64,000 bases of DNA from Octopus sinensis (taxonomy: Eukaryota): NCBI RefSeq assembly GCF_006345805.1, contig NC_043015.1:23188001-23252000 (forward strand), written 5' to 3'. This document shows, piece after piece, positions 14,541 through 27,860 of this stretch; positions within the stretch are counted from its first letter, which is position 1; each line of letters opens with the position of its first letter. The position numbers and the translations under genes are program-made. The notes under the pieces are model-generated. The model worked only from the letters and a program-made list of their open reading frames with translations, did not search any database and had not been told where the DNA came from.

Positions 14541-15626
14541 TTATAATGCACAGTCAAATGAAGTTTCGAATGTAAGGATAGCATGTACATAACAACTTGA
14601 CATTAAATGAAGGGAGATAACTAAGGAGAGCAATATATGCCAGCTGGGGCCTACAAATTTTCCCGTTTTCTTGAAATATATCTAAACATATCTAAATACT
14701 TTCCAACGAAAGAAATAATTGTTAGTTTACAACAACTATGTTATCTTTATAAACTTTTATTTCCCTGAATATATTTTACACGTGGGATATGACCTAGTGT
14801 CCATGTTAAAACAATGTACTACCTTTTCGTAAATTATAGTTCCTTTCCAGTTATTAAAGAATCACATATTTTTGAATATAACTGATATTTTATCAACCTC
14901 TCGCGATATTCGTGTGAAAATCGGTGTAAGTTTAAATCTCTTGCGGGAAATATTTTCCGTGTCTTGGCTATCATCGCGTTCTTCATTACTTATTCCATTC
15001 TTTATTTCAACAGCACTAACTGAACATTAAATTTAAGTGTAAATGATTAGACATTCCTTCCATACACAGGTGTACTTTAATGTAATCCTCATATAAAATG
15101 TGCGTGGTTCAGTATGAGACAAAACCAGACTAATAAATTATTGAAATAACCTATTTTCTGGGCATTAGCAGAGTTTCTGTCTACGAAATATTATATTCCG
15201 GCATATATACAGAGTAGCGTGTAGAAGATGGCAAACGAACGGATTGCAGTAAACTTTTCAACCGTTCTACAAAACATAAGACTCCCAACATGGTGGATAG
15301 ACCATAGAGAAAGAGCATCCCACTTATATTCCAATCCAAGTAAACAGCCGGTGTAGTGAACAAATTAATCTGTCTCGTGTGAATTTTCTGAAACTCTCCC
15401 CACACTTCCGGAAAAAAATTGTGCGAAGAAATGTTTTTCTAAGCAAATTCCGATATGTTTGGAATAGCCACCGTCTGTAGTGTATTTGTAAGAGATTTAA
15501 TTAGAGAATATCAAATTTCATGGAATATCTGAAGAAACAAATTCAAAGGCGCAGAATTCTGTTTGCACACACACACACACACACACACATACACACACAC
15601 ACACCACACACACATACACACACACA

Positions 15627-15680
<54 letters not shown>

Positions 15681-15694
15681 GTGTGTGTTTGAGT

Positions 15695-15736
<42 letters not shown>

Positions 15737-15744
15737 ATGTGTGT

Positions 15745-15850
15745 TCAGTCCCACTCCGTGGTACTTGTGCAAGTGACTTTTAATCTAGCATCAGGCCGAT
15801 GTGAATGGATTTGGTAGAAGGAATCTGTAAAAAGCCCCTCGTATATACAT
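15745..15850 (+). mobile_element. Partial SINE (family 1)
   Basis: ttcagtcccactccgtgg...gtgaatggatttggtaga matches the copies at 21138-21298 and 40495-40881. Confidence 0.7.
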
Positions 15851-15860
15851 GCATACATAC

Positions 15861-15906
<46 letters not shown>

Positions 15907-16365
15907 TTATAACAAGGAGTCAGCTGTATACCTCACCACGTACCGTAAGTAATAGACGCTAAAGTCCTTTTTACTTCCTTAAAATCTCCGAGAATAACAC
16001 ACTTTGTTGTAGGAAATAAAAAGAAAATAATGAATCATTAAGGCTGATTAACTATGGATGCGTTTCGAAATTAAAGTAAAAGATAATTTTTACGTATTGT
16101 TACTCTTCCCCATGGTCTTTCGTATAAGTTCACGAGTATTTCAAAATATGCCCGCGATCTGCGTCATCGTTCGTCTGATGTCTATCCTCACACGTAAAAA
16201 TATACTGCCGAGTGTAATTCATAACTTCTGTTTTATACCCACGTGTGTGTTTCAGAACCAGACCGCAGCAATACAATTTTGATCATTGAGTGAATTATTC
16301 ATTGAGTGAATAAAAATAACATATATATATATATGCACTTATTTTTCTTTAATAACATATATATA

Positions 16366-16422
<57 letters not shown>

Positions 16423-17639
16423 CTTTTTTTGTTTAAAGCTCTAAGTTAAGAAAAATCATTTATTAATATGAAAATAGTATTTACGTCCTTGAATAAAAAG
16501 CAGTCAGTGTTTTCTTCTCATTAAAAAATAATTAAGCATCCCTTTATTTCAATAATTTTCTTGGTTTTCTTAAACGAAGTTAAGGCAAAAAAAATCTTCT
16601 TGAGAAACAAAATAGTCTTTGTTTCCTTCATGCCAAGTTTGAAGAAAATATCTCTTTTGCATCTTACTTTTTGGGTCTCTTAAATATACTGCATTTTGTG
16701 GCATTATTTCAAGACAGCCGGCTTTTTTGCGCAAACTGCACGTGCATTTTTCTCGCGTACGCGTAGTATCGATCGCAACAACTGATGTACTTGCGCGTAC
16801 AAATGCACGTTCCCACGACTCTATCGATCGCATTCTCTCCTGGAGTCGATTTTTGTAATTGAGCGCAATCAGATGGAGAATGTTTGAGATCCAAGTAGAC
16901 GCACAGACAGACAGAACGGATTTTATATAATAGATATGTATGTATATATCTAAATGTGCATGCATACCCACGCATGTGTTAGTTTGTATGTTTTTGCCTT
17001 TGCCATTGTGTTGTGATTAACACAAGAACTTTAATCTAAAATTCGGACGCATGAAAGCGAAATATTAACTTGGCGTCATCTGAAAGGATAAGGAAAAGGA
17101 AAAAAGATTAATAAAATATAAAACAATTCATGTCGTCTGCTCCTCAACTGGTTTTACCAACATCTCACATGAAATATATCTATTTAACACCACCTAAAAT
17201 AATATAATTGTGAGTTTACAATAATTTCGATATCTCTCAATAAAATTTTTATTTCTTTGAATATATTTCACGCGAGAGATTTGATTTGGCGCCGAATCTT
17301 CTAACTGTGACTGCTATATTTTACTAAATTAAATCATGATTTCTTCTCAATTACTAAATACACACGTGTTAACTTAGAAGGTAGCATATGTTGTCATAGG
17401 AAATAGAATAATATCTGTTTTAATATCGGTGTAAGTTCACATACCTGATATGACATAATCACAGTTATGAGTCTCAGTTGTTTTCCCCAGCCTTGATGTT
17501 GTGTGTAATGTTTTGTCCATTTCTCAGTTAGGGGTACTCTTAGACAGGACTACCATTAACCTTTTCATCAAACTGTATCAGCATGACGCAGGTTGTGACT
17601 AGAAGAAACATTAAAACTGCAAACAAAACCAGCTCATTG

Positions 17640-18040
17640 GGGTTCTACACAGCTTTCGTTTACCCAGTCTTAATCACAGACATAGGCTCGTTGTGAGGAT
17701 ATAGTAAGAATTACCTGTCCAAGCTGTCTCGAAGTCACATCGAATCCCGGTACTTCTAATTGCGCAGCCGAATTCCAAAGAGTTCGTTTAAACTGCATTT
17801 AACGAGGTATAACAGTTAACGTTAAATTATCATTTCAAATTTTGGCACAAAGTCAGCAATTTTGAATGAGGTGGTAATCAGTTATATTAACACAATGCCT
17901 CGACTGGTACTTAATTTATCGACCCTGAAAGGACGAAAGGCAAAGTTGATGCCGGAAGCATTTGACTGAGAACATAAAGACGGACGAAATGGTGCTAAGC
18001 ATGTTGTCAGCCACAGTAACGACTCTGCCAGCTCGCCAAA
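17640..18040 (-). mobile_element. SINE fragments, including a family 2 head at about 17895-18040
   Basis: actggtacttaatttatcgaccctgaaaggacgaaaggcaaagttg is the reverse complement of the family 2 body. Confidence 0.7.
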
Positions 18041-19595
18041 CCATTATCGAATACTCGTGCGGTATAATAAAGGTGGTACACTCATAACGCCAGACTCCAA
18101 ACGTCTGGTATGTCCTATATACATGTGAATCTACAGCTTCGTTTTACTTTTCTTTCTCACTAAATATTTGTGTTCTCTGTTTGTGGCAATGAATACTGGG
18201 TGGCAATGAAAAGGATCTTGTCTTTATTTGAACAGAACTTATAATAGATTGAGGAAATACATTAGAAATATCATTATTAATTGTTTAATTTATTCTCCCA
18301 GGTCTACATTATTTTGCTATTAACAAAGTATTTGCCATAGATAACTACATAGTTGTTGTTTTCAAATCAAATAGGTTATGAATGTGTGTTTGTCTCTTCG
18401 TTATCTTTCGGTCCAGAACAAATCCATAAGAAGCGTAAAATTTGAAAACGCTCTGATTTTTAAGATAATAAGCTCCACCTATTTATATACCTAGGGACGT
18501 AGACATTCAACTGCGAATCAAGACGAAACAAATAACGAAACAAATCGCACAAGGAAAAAAGAAATCATTAACGCTTGAAGAGACGCTTCTATAAATTATA
18601 AACGATTCATTAAAAGCCAATTCATTATGTTGTTAAACGCATCAGATGTAGCGTCATTAAAGCCAAGGGAATTCTGGAAGCGCCATATTTGTATCATTCA
18701 AGCAAATAACTGAAAGTGAATGAAACAGTAGAATGAAACAGTAGAAATGGGGTTTTCCTTTAACTAAAACGTTTTTTATTCTTTTTTTTCATCAGTTAAA
18801 CAAAAACAAAAACAATTTAAGGAAGTAAACATCTGAAACAAGAACCTTGTGGGAGATATAGCGTGATGTCCTGTCCGTGTGGCTGGAAATATGTTTGTAG
18901 TCTCTATATTAGGTCTCAGTACGGCGATTAAATCTTTTCTCTGTGTGTGTGTGTGTGTGTGAATGCCTGTGTATGTATGTGTTTGAACAAGCATCTTCAT
19001 ATTAATCAAGACAATCAATAACTATATCTACATACGTGAATATTTGCACATGTCACTGAAGAAAGAAATGTATACAATGTATATACTTGTGAATAGATAA
19101 ACAAATAATGTGTCCACAGAGTATAGAATATGATGGTTTTTAACGAACATTTTCGCCAGCTTCCACATTTTATTGTAATCTCGATGAACTCTCATATTTA
19201 TGAACAGTCGCTCTGCTTGCCTCTGTGAATTGTCCAGTCTCACTCCACCACGTAACTACAACCAAAGGTCACTGTATACGTATTCTTTCGGACAACTTTA
19301 TTTCTGATTCGTTTCAATAGATTCATCAAAATGTATTTGAATACGTTTTGTTATGCTGCTGCTACTGCTGTTAACAACGTATTTTTTCTTATAGGTAACC
19401 CTTCAAAGAGTAGGTACATACTAAAAGAGGTAAGTTTGAAAGGGCAGCATACGAAAACTGGCAAAACGAAGAAGAAAGAATAGAATAGCACAACGCTCAT
19501 TGTTATAACGACGTTCGATGTGTTTTGGGGATGCACTACTTTTCTTTAGCCACATACTTGTTATTAAATTACAGCGTAAAATACCATCTATGCAC

Positions 19596-19640
<45 letters not shown>

Positions 19641-20302
19641 GTGTGTGTGTGTATGTGTGTTGTGTGTGTATGGTAAATGAAAGACGGAAAATGGAATGTA
19701 CGAGAATTTTTATTAATCGCGACAATTGTTTTGAAACATCTAACATCGATCTCCCACGGGTGATACACTCAACAACTGGTTCAGGAGCATTCGACGGTGC
19801 AGATGTATCTTATCGGGTGATAAATAGATATAACTCGTTAAAATAACAGTTTCGCAATCTATCTTCTCATTTCGTAGAAAGGAAAACGGCAAAGCGATGA
19901 AAATATCTTCATTTATATAGAAGATTGAGATGAAAATCACAAATACAAAAAAAGAAATGAACACGTGATACAGCGAGAATATTATTCAAAATAACCGTTA
20001 ACATATATGGATGTATAAACGCCCGCGCGCAAGCTGCAGGGCGCATGTATACTCGCTCATACAAGCATCCGTGAACATGAAAGCATGCGAACACATGTGG
20101 TTTGGTGCACACACGATCAGAAATCGAGTTAAATAGCTACTTGGTGTTTATAATAATGGGAAGTTTGAAGCTAAACTTAATTACTCCGTACCTTAAATTA
20201 AATTAAGTTAATAGTTACTCAAATCCATTGCCACTGCATTGTGCTAAAATAAATTTATATGCATGAGCCCCACTACAGATGTCATCTCTCTCTGTCTCTC
20301 TG

Positions 20303-20363
<61 letters not shown>

Positions 20364-20452
20364 AATAACAATAATAATAATAATAATATAATAATAATGA
20401 TAAACTTTCAGGGAAAAATTCAATTTAGAAATATTAAATCAAATTTCACAAA

Positions 20453-20510
<58 letters not shown>

Positions 20511-20672
20511 ATAAATTGGAAAAAACACCTTTTATCAATTCAAAATGAACAATTGAATTACACCATCTAGAAAATTATATATAATAGAAATATTAAATAT
20601 AAAATTACAATAATATACCAATGATTATGTAATGTGCAAAATAATAATTAAAAAAGTATATATTTGGTAGAA

Positions 20673-20776
20673 TAACGACACGTGCTTCGTGGCTATATTT
20701 AAGAAATGATTATAGTAAAAAAATTATTAGTAGTAGTAAAATCACTTCGATATAAATATAGCCACTCATCAGGTTA
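20673..20776 (-). ncRNA. Type I hammerhead-like ribozyme with long stem II and one core substitution (A15.1G)
   Basis: Minus strand reads TAAC-CTGATGA-GTGGCTATATTTA...TAAATATAGCCAC-GAA-G-CACGTG-T-C-GTTA. Stem II is a perfect 13 bp starting G-C, stem I is 4 bp, stem III is near-palindromic, and the predicted site is GUC. Confidence 0.75.
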
Positions 20777-20826
20777 AAAATACACTAGTTTATATATATA
20801 TATATATCAGGTTAAAAATAAGCTAA

Positions 20827-20900
<74 letters not shown>

Positions 20901-21137
20901 TATGTAAGTATATACATATTTGTGTGTGTAATACACGGCATCTTCATTCTATGAGACTATTAGAATATCTGATTGTAGCAAATTTGTAGGCTTCGAGTAC
21001 TCCGTGGGTACGTATAACATCAACATATGTAGTCTGGATTTTACCTGCTCTACTCCTTTAGTTCCCACAGACACACACAGACACTCACACAGTCATAAAC
21101 ACACATGTAACACACACGACGAATATCCATGATTATA

Positions 21138-21298
21138 GGCGCAGGAGTGGCTGTGTGCAAGTAGAATGCTTACCAACCACATGGTTCCGGGTTAAGTCCC
21201 ACTGCGTGGCTCCTTTGGCGAGTGTCTTCTAATATAGTCTCAGGCCAAACAAAGCCTTGTGAATGGATTTGGTAGACCGAAACTGAAAGAAGCCTGTC
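21138..21298 (+). mobile_element. tRNA-derived SINE (family 1), 5' half
   Basis: GGCGCAGGAGTGGCTGTGTG head with a B-box-like GGTTAAGTCCC. Matches the reverse complement of 40495-40881. Confidence 0.85.
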
Positions 21299-21324
21299 AA
21301 TAGAAATGATTTAGAATTTAATTA

Positions 21325-21394
21325 AATTAAAACAGATGGACACATTAGTATAATTTTAAGTAAAATTATACTAATGTGTCCATCTGTTTTAATT
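21325..21394. repeat. Perfect 34-bp palindrome with a 2-nt centre
   Basis: 21325-21358 is the exact reverse complement of 21361-21394. Confidence 0.95.
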
Positions 21395-21410
21395 AAATTA
21401 TATGTCGCTG

Positions 21411-21491
21411 TGCAGCTGAAGATTGCTCTGCTTTTAAATTGATGTAATAGTTGCATTGTTCAATTAAATGGAGTTGCGTGAAACGTTCGTA
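21411..21491 (+). ncRNA. Decayed type I hammerhead-like ribozyme (family D)
   Basis: TGCAG-CTGAAGA-long stem II-GAA-ACGTTCGT-A. The stem I partner CTGCA is deleted here but present at the same position in the sibling copy (46195-46199). Confidence 0.6.
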
Positions 21492-21565
21492 ATCTGGATA
21501 TCCTTGTTGTTTATTTTGCTTTTATATATGTGTGTGTATGTGTGTGTGTGTTTATGTATATATAT

Positions 21566-21639
<74 letters not shown>

Positions 21640-22329
21640 TTTTAATTGGTAAAACCTTTTTTTCTTAAATATTAGGTTAAAAAATATATGGGAGTTTCTT
21701 ACGCATGAATAGTATTATAATACCTTACAAAGCCTTTTTTCAAAATTTTAGCCCACAAATATCAGGAGTCTCCTCATACACGTTAAAATATGGTATATAT
21801 AAATACATATATACATGCATGTACGCATATTCTTACATATGTATATATAGAAAGAGACGCCGTAATAGAATGAAAATGACAGAGAAAGAGATAGATATTC
21901 ACAGACAATGGTTTATATGTAGGTATCCGGGTGTCTATCAATGTAGCGCTATATTTATGTAAAGATATGTGCGCGTGCATTATTGTGCGTATATATGCAT
22001 ACATCAGTATTCATACTGTTTCACGTTTATTAATTACTCATCTCTGCATTACATCTAATGAGTTCCCATTATAAGTGATGTACATTCATAGTTGGTTGAA
22101 ATGTCACCTCTACTGCTACAACAACGACGTCCATGAATACAACTACATCAACATTGCTATAATAATTGAGTATAGATTTTAAAGAGGTTATTGCTATTAA
22201 ATATATTTTAACTTCATCTCATATTCATAAATTCTTAGTAGAAAACTTTAGGAAATTGTATAGATGGATCCTTATTCATTCAATTTATATTCGTATGAAT
22301 TTACAGACACATTCAACGTGCATACATAC

Positions 22330-22362
22330 AGATACATAACTATATGTATGTAGTGTGTGTGT

Positions 22363-22403
<41 letters not shown>

Positions 22404-22414
22404 GATATAGATAC

Positions 22415-22476
<62 letters not shown>

Positions 22477-22585
22477 CATATACATGTATATATGTGTGTA
22501 CATATTTATATACATATATATATATGTATATGTATGTATGAATGTATATATGTATATATATATACATATATACATAATACATAAG

Positions 22586-22619
<34 letters not shown>

Positions 22620-22635
22620 GACGCATATATATATA
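22330..22635. repeat. Compound (TA)n-rich microsatellite
   Basis: Direct reading. Confidence 0.9.
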
Positions 22636-24425
22636 TTCAAGTGTGTATGTTCGAATGTATACATTGTTCGTGTTTTATTATCGAAATTATTGTTTTAACT
22701 CGAGAATTACAATATCTCTTGAAACATTTTAGTGCATAACATTGTATAGTATTTCCTACTCTAAAATATTTATATTCAGTCTCTGTGTCTAGTAATCACT
22801 TTTTATTTCTCTACTGGACCTAGCGTTGCGCTTCTTTCATGCGCAAGTACATACACACACACGCTCACGCACACGTATTCACACACAGACACACACTCGC
22901 TAACCTCTTACTCGTAACAGTACATAAAACGTACCCTCCGCACTTGGTAATTGCACTCTATAAACATTTTGTTAAAAGAACCGAACAGTACTACATCCCA
23001 ACTTATCACATATAGATCTCAGACAATTTAAGAATAAATTAACAGCTGCAGATATACTCTTCGAACATTATCTAACATACTGAACAATTACTTATATTTT
23101 ATATTTTCGACTCCAACTAAATCTAAAATGACGAATTTAACAATAATGGTTATGATTTTAAATATTAATCATACAAGGCCAACATAAGCAGCAAACTAAA
23201 TTAGTGTAAATGAATAAATTCTTCGATGGAAATCGATCTCGTGGTCATCGCATTTCACGTGACAAAATTACCAATTAGTCAACAGAAGGTGTTAAACTCC
23301 AGATAAAGTTCGTATAAAGACCATTTTTAGTAGAACAGGAACGTTTCCACTATAGCTAACTTCTTTTGTACTAGGCTCTATTTCAGTCCCTACACACTTG
23401 TAGAAATTTCTGTAAGTTCGAGATGTTGTGTAACATAAATAAGAAAAAGTTGGCGACGTGAGGCACTGGGTGCATGTAAGAGATTACCATCCGTTTCTTT
23501 TTATAGGTGTACGTTCTCTTATGTTTTTTTATGTATTCATATTTGGCTGCAGAATTGGCAGACATCAATCGCAACTAGCGTTTATGAGGGTAGATTTCCA
23601 GCTGCCTGGGCTAGTAAACAAGGTGCCTCTTGGAGAAAAGATGGATCATGAGGTACATAATATATAATTTCATACCGATAACTCTGCAAAATCCAGCCCA
23701 TGAGAATATTGCCGTTGTGCCCATAAGGATATTTTGGCTTATTGCCTGTACTGTTGCACAGTGAGTAAACAAGTGTATATATCTTAGCTAAAATATACCT
23801 ACAATCTTCCCCTCATGCGAAAGATCGTAGGAAGAATAGGCAGCAAATTTTGATAGTGGTAGGATTCTGTATAATTTATTTTGACTCTCGTTGACTCTAA
23901 GAAACTACGTCATTGATTGGATATCGTAACTGTGTAGCGGTTGGATTGATCGCAATAAACTTAGTAACGTCATATATTATGCATTTTTCACCTTCAATCA
24001 TTCGATTCCTGCAACTATTTAAAATTTGGCTCAGGAGCACCCATACATATCTGCTATCTTCATTGACATTACCTTATTACGAATGACGATCATATACCTT
24101 GTTTCGTCTGACATCGTACCTAGGACAATATGCAAAAGTAATGATCCGGAAAGAAGTTTGATGCTGAACTGTATCTAGCCAGACGCTCTCAATTCCAGAA
24201 TAAAATTTCCCTACCCAGCAGCTTCCCTACGATTAATCAGTTTCGTTCCTGAGTTCAGAAAACCAATAGCTTCAATATATAGATACATATGTTCGGTGTA
24301 CATAGCTTTCGGAAACTTTTAATCACTCACTCCGTTCATTAATATGTCACCATTCTTTGTTCTAAATCATAAGTGACCCTAGACAGCGTATGTGTTTGAC
24401 GTTACTATCCTGGTGTTGTTAGGTA

Positions 24426-24455
24426 GACTAATTTCGGAGTTCCCGCCTTCTTCAG
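24426..24455 (-). ncRNA. Hammerhead-like core lacking stem I
   Basis: Minus strand reads CTGAAGA-A-GGCG-GGAA-CTCC-GAA-ATTAGT-C. The core, GAAA and GUC are intact and stem III is one base from the palindrome ACTAGT, but there is no stem I pairing. Confidence 0.4.
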
Positions 24456-24899
24456 AATTTTGGCCTTCTGAAGAAGACTTCTTGTTAAAAGAGAATGCTA
24501 ACGGCAGTAGTCTCGTACGTCTCGTAGTATTTACAAAGTTTAAGGTGACAATAGGACAAACCGATAACAATAAAATCAAGTTAGGCAGGAACAGACTTTA
24601 TATATTTGATCTATGCACCTCGTTACCATGTGAACACCATCTCGTCAGGAATGTTTCACTTCTCTTTTTTATATTCTTTCTATACTGTTTCATCTTGCAG
24701 ACATCTCACTCACCTATTCTTCCAAATACGTTTTTCACGCACCTAAAGCCCGATCTCTATTCACCCTTTAATTTCCTTGCACACATTGACATACAGATTA
24801 TTATATGTAAGTCAGGTAGATATCTCCATATCAGGAAATTTGGTCGATGTGCAAAGTTTATTGACCAATTCCATCTTAATATGTCTAACATATTTAATG

Positions 24900-25330
24900 A
24901 AATTTAGATGTATTTTCCGTTTTCGTTTCTCACGTCAACTATTTAGGCAGTATGCATTTCACTCGTTCACACTTCAGGTTCACGAACGATATCCTATAAT
25001 GAGCTTTAGGTGCTGAAAGAATTTCCTATCACTTCTTCTACGCATTCCCTGTGTTTATAGTGCGTTATCTACAATTGACATTTTTCTCTAGTCACCTTCA
25101 TTAATTCTTTTCATTTGTGTTTTTTTAATCTTTTATGGAATGTTTACACCTTTTAACTTAGCCTACGTTTCTTTTGTAACGCCTCATTTATCTTTTTGAC
25201 ATTTTTGTTTCCAATCAGAGAAAGTTGACTCTGGTCTTTCTCAATATATTTTGCTTTCGTACCTCTGTTCCATTTTCCAAAACACCATCTGCTTTCTTCG
25301 AATTCGCCATAGAGCTAACACCTTATAGAT
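24900..25330 (-). mobile_element. Possible decayed LINE (RTE-like) ORF2 inter-domain fragment
   Basis: Stop-interrupted, Lys/Arg/Glu-rich minus-strand translation. No diagnostic motif recovered. Confidence 0.25.
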
Positions 25331-26024
25331 TTGTGAAAGAATTACGACTCCAAAATAAAGTTGTTTAAACGTTCCGGCAATATTACTCTTTTAGAATATC
25401 GTTTATGAATATCAATTCTATTATCCATTTATGATAACTGCCACTTAATGAGAAGTTCTCTATTCATTATGATGATGAGTATAGACATTTGTTTCTTTTC
25501 GTCATTCAGTAATAATCATTCATGTATAGTATCTCTCTGACAAGTATTATTAACCTTTTTTTTATTTTTATCACATCTAGCTCCGCATTTCATCTAACCA
25601 AGTTCGTGCGACAGCTCTTTTGCTTCTTGTAAGGTGTCTATGTGATGCAGCACCACAATCATCACATTACTGATAATGAACGAATATGTACTAAATAACG
25701 ACCATTCAGGTAAACCTTTATATATCTTAATCATTTTTATGGCATCTGTTGTTATGGCAATCACTATTTCCCTATCGTTATATTTAGGAAATAGCCCAAT
25801 AATCTTTAAGATACATTTTCTATTGCAATTAATGTAGAACAAGAAGCACAACTTTTCCTGATAGTTATAGATAACATAATCCGGCTATTCAATTATATTT
25901 GGATTATCATTTGTCAGAAAATGCATAATTTGTCGCTATCCAGAATATTTTCTACATTCACATTTTATGATGCACGTCAAAAGTCTGGCATAATTTCCAG
26001 TTTATGACTCATTTTTTAAAGTCT

Positions 26025-26063
26025 CATCATCCTAATCCTCATCATCCTCATAATCATCCTCAT

Positions 26064-26108
<45 letters not shown>

Positions 26109-26145
26109 CATCATCATCCTCATCATCATCATCATCACCATCATC
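26025..26145. repeat. (CAT)n/(CCT) microsatellite, probably the 3' tail of the adjacent LINE fragment
   Basis: Direct reading. Confidence 0.9.
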
Positions 26146-26341
26146 ATTCGTGTCATCTTTTGTTATCACAGTTTTTTTGGGAACTTTTGAAGTATTTCAT
26201 GCGTAGCGGGCTTATTACCTTCTGCCTACGTCTTCATGTTATCAGTTCTTTTCAACAATCTAATGCTTATTTGATTATTCTGGTCGTGCCAAGGAGTCCA
26301 ACCTTTTGTAAGAGTTCTACTAGGCACTCTATTCTAATTTC

Positions 26342-26345
<4 letters not shown>
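26146..26345 (-). mobile_element. R4/Dong-type (restriction-like endonuclease) LINE, 3' end
   Basis: Minus translation EIRIECLVELLQKVGLLGTTRIIK* resembles the REL C-terminal QK..LLGT..I motif. (TAA)n lies at the truncated 5' side. Confidence 0.7.
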
Positions 26346-26402
<57 letters not shown>

Positions 26403-26469
26403 GCTGTTGTTGTTGTTGTTGATAGTGTTGATGTTGTTGTTGTTATTATCATTATTATTATTATTATTA

Positions 26470-26740
26470 AATTCATATATTTGACTTTTTTTGTATTTGT
26501 ACGTTGGTTCAAAGCCTCACCCAGAGACCTCAAGAGACAACAAGTTAGAAGTTCATAATGGTGTTATACCTAGGGTGTCATATATTTGATTTTGTACATA
26601 GTATTGTTCTAGAGAATGTTTAAGAAAACAAGAAAATTATAGGTTTATTTTAAATTTCAGATTACATAGGAAGTATTTTACGTAGGATATGTGAATTTCC
26701 CATGAGCACTATCTTTTGAATTTCTGCCATTTTGCGGTTC
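26470..26740 (-). mobile_element. R4/Dong-type LINE 3' end plus 3' UTR (second subfamily)
   Basis: Homologous to 32575-32880. Encodes EIQKIVLMGNSHILRKILPM* and ends in an (AAT)n tail. Confidence 0.75.
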
Positions 26741-26944
26741 CAAGCAGGGCTGTTTTCTACAAGTGTTCCACCCTCATTGCACCTCATATTTGCTACACGT
26801 ACTTCTCCAGATGTTTATTCTTTATTCCCAGGGATCCGATAGTTATTGGTATTACTACCACCTTATTTTAGTGACGACAACTGCTTAGCCTCCCAAGTTA
26901 ATCTATCACAGCTATCGATTTTCTTTCTTCATTATCGCATACCA

Positions 26945-27545
26945 TGTTATCATCTGGGCACACCACGTCTTTGATGCAGTATCATTTGCTTCCTTTGTAA
27001 CTGTTCTACTGGGAACTCTATTTCAATTGCCCCTATATTCCACTTGATGCCTTCTGATACTATTCTCAAACACACAACAATAATTGGCACCATTTTCACC
27101 TGCTTTATTTTCCATAACCGGGTTGTTTCGTACTTCAGAGGGTTGTATCTATCTATCTTTCCGTCTTCCTTGTTGAATATTTGTAGGTCAAAGAGGCATG
27201 CAACATCAACTATATAGCATGTGTCATGCACCTTGTCCAACACTACTAGGTCCTGTTTGTTATGCTCTAGCACATGATCTGTTTGGATTGGGAAATCCCA
27301 AGGGGTGTTTCTAGTGCCTGGCCAAAGCTTTGTCCTTCACTGCCACTATAATATTTTCGATCTCTTTTTAGGGATCCTTTCATCAGTGAAAACCACCTAT
27401 TTTTTCCAGCAACTTCTGTTGTGGCTACATGGAAATGAATGTGTATTCCCTTCTTGCATAATTCTTCTTCATGTCCTCTTTGTACTTCTTCCTTTGTTTT
27501 CCCTTTTTTTCAGTTCTCAATACTTCCTCTTTCTTAAATGCAACT
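26945..27545 (-). mobile_element. R4/Dong-type LINE fragment encoding the restriction-like endonuclease domain
   Basis: WDFPIQTDHVLEHNKQDLVVLDK..CYIVDVACLFD...KIDRYNPLKYE..RLW..VPI fits the PD-(D/E)xK REL domain of R2/R4-group LINEs. (TAA)n lies at the 5' side. Confidence 0.85.
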
Positions 27546-27548
27546 AGC

Positions 27549-27770
<222 letters not shown>

Positions 27771-27774
27771 TAAT

Positions 27775-27860
27775 GCGGGGCTAAATGCTTATCGGCATTT
27801 CGTCCGACCTTAAGTTCTGAGTTCAAATTGCGCTGGAGTGCATTCTTCCTTTTTTTCTTT
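27775..27860 (+). mobile_element. Partial SINE (family 2)
   Basis: aaatgcttatcggcatttcgtcc...ttctgagttcaaatt. Confidence 0.65.

Noticed and set aside
16052-16115. Minus-strand CCATG-GGGAAGA...C-GAAACGCAT-C-CATAG
   Set aside because: Two core mismatches, a broken stem III and a poor stem II make it too degenerate to support without homologues.
18762-18800. Minus-strand CTGATGA followed by AAAACGT
   Set aside because: No stem II (poly-A) and no GAAA.
26004-26558. 184-aa ORF with poly-His and poly-Ile
   Set aside because: It is read through a (CAT)n tail, the antisense strand of a LINE 3' end and (TTA)n.
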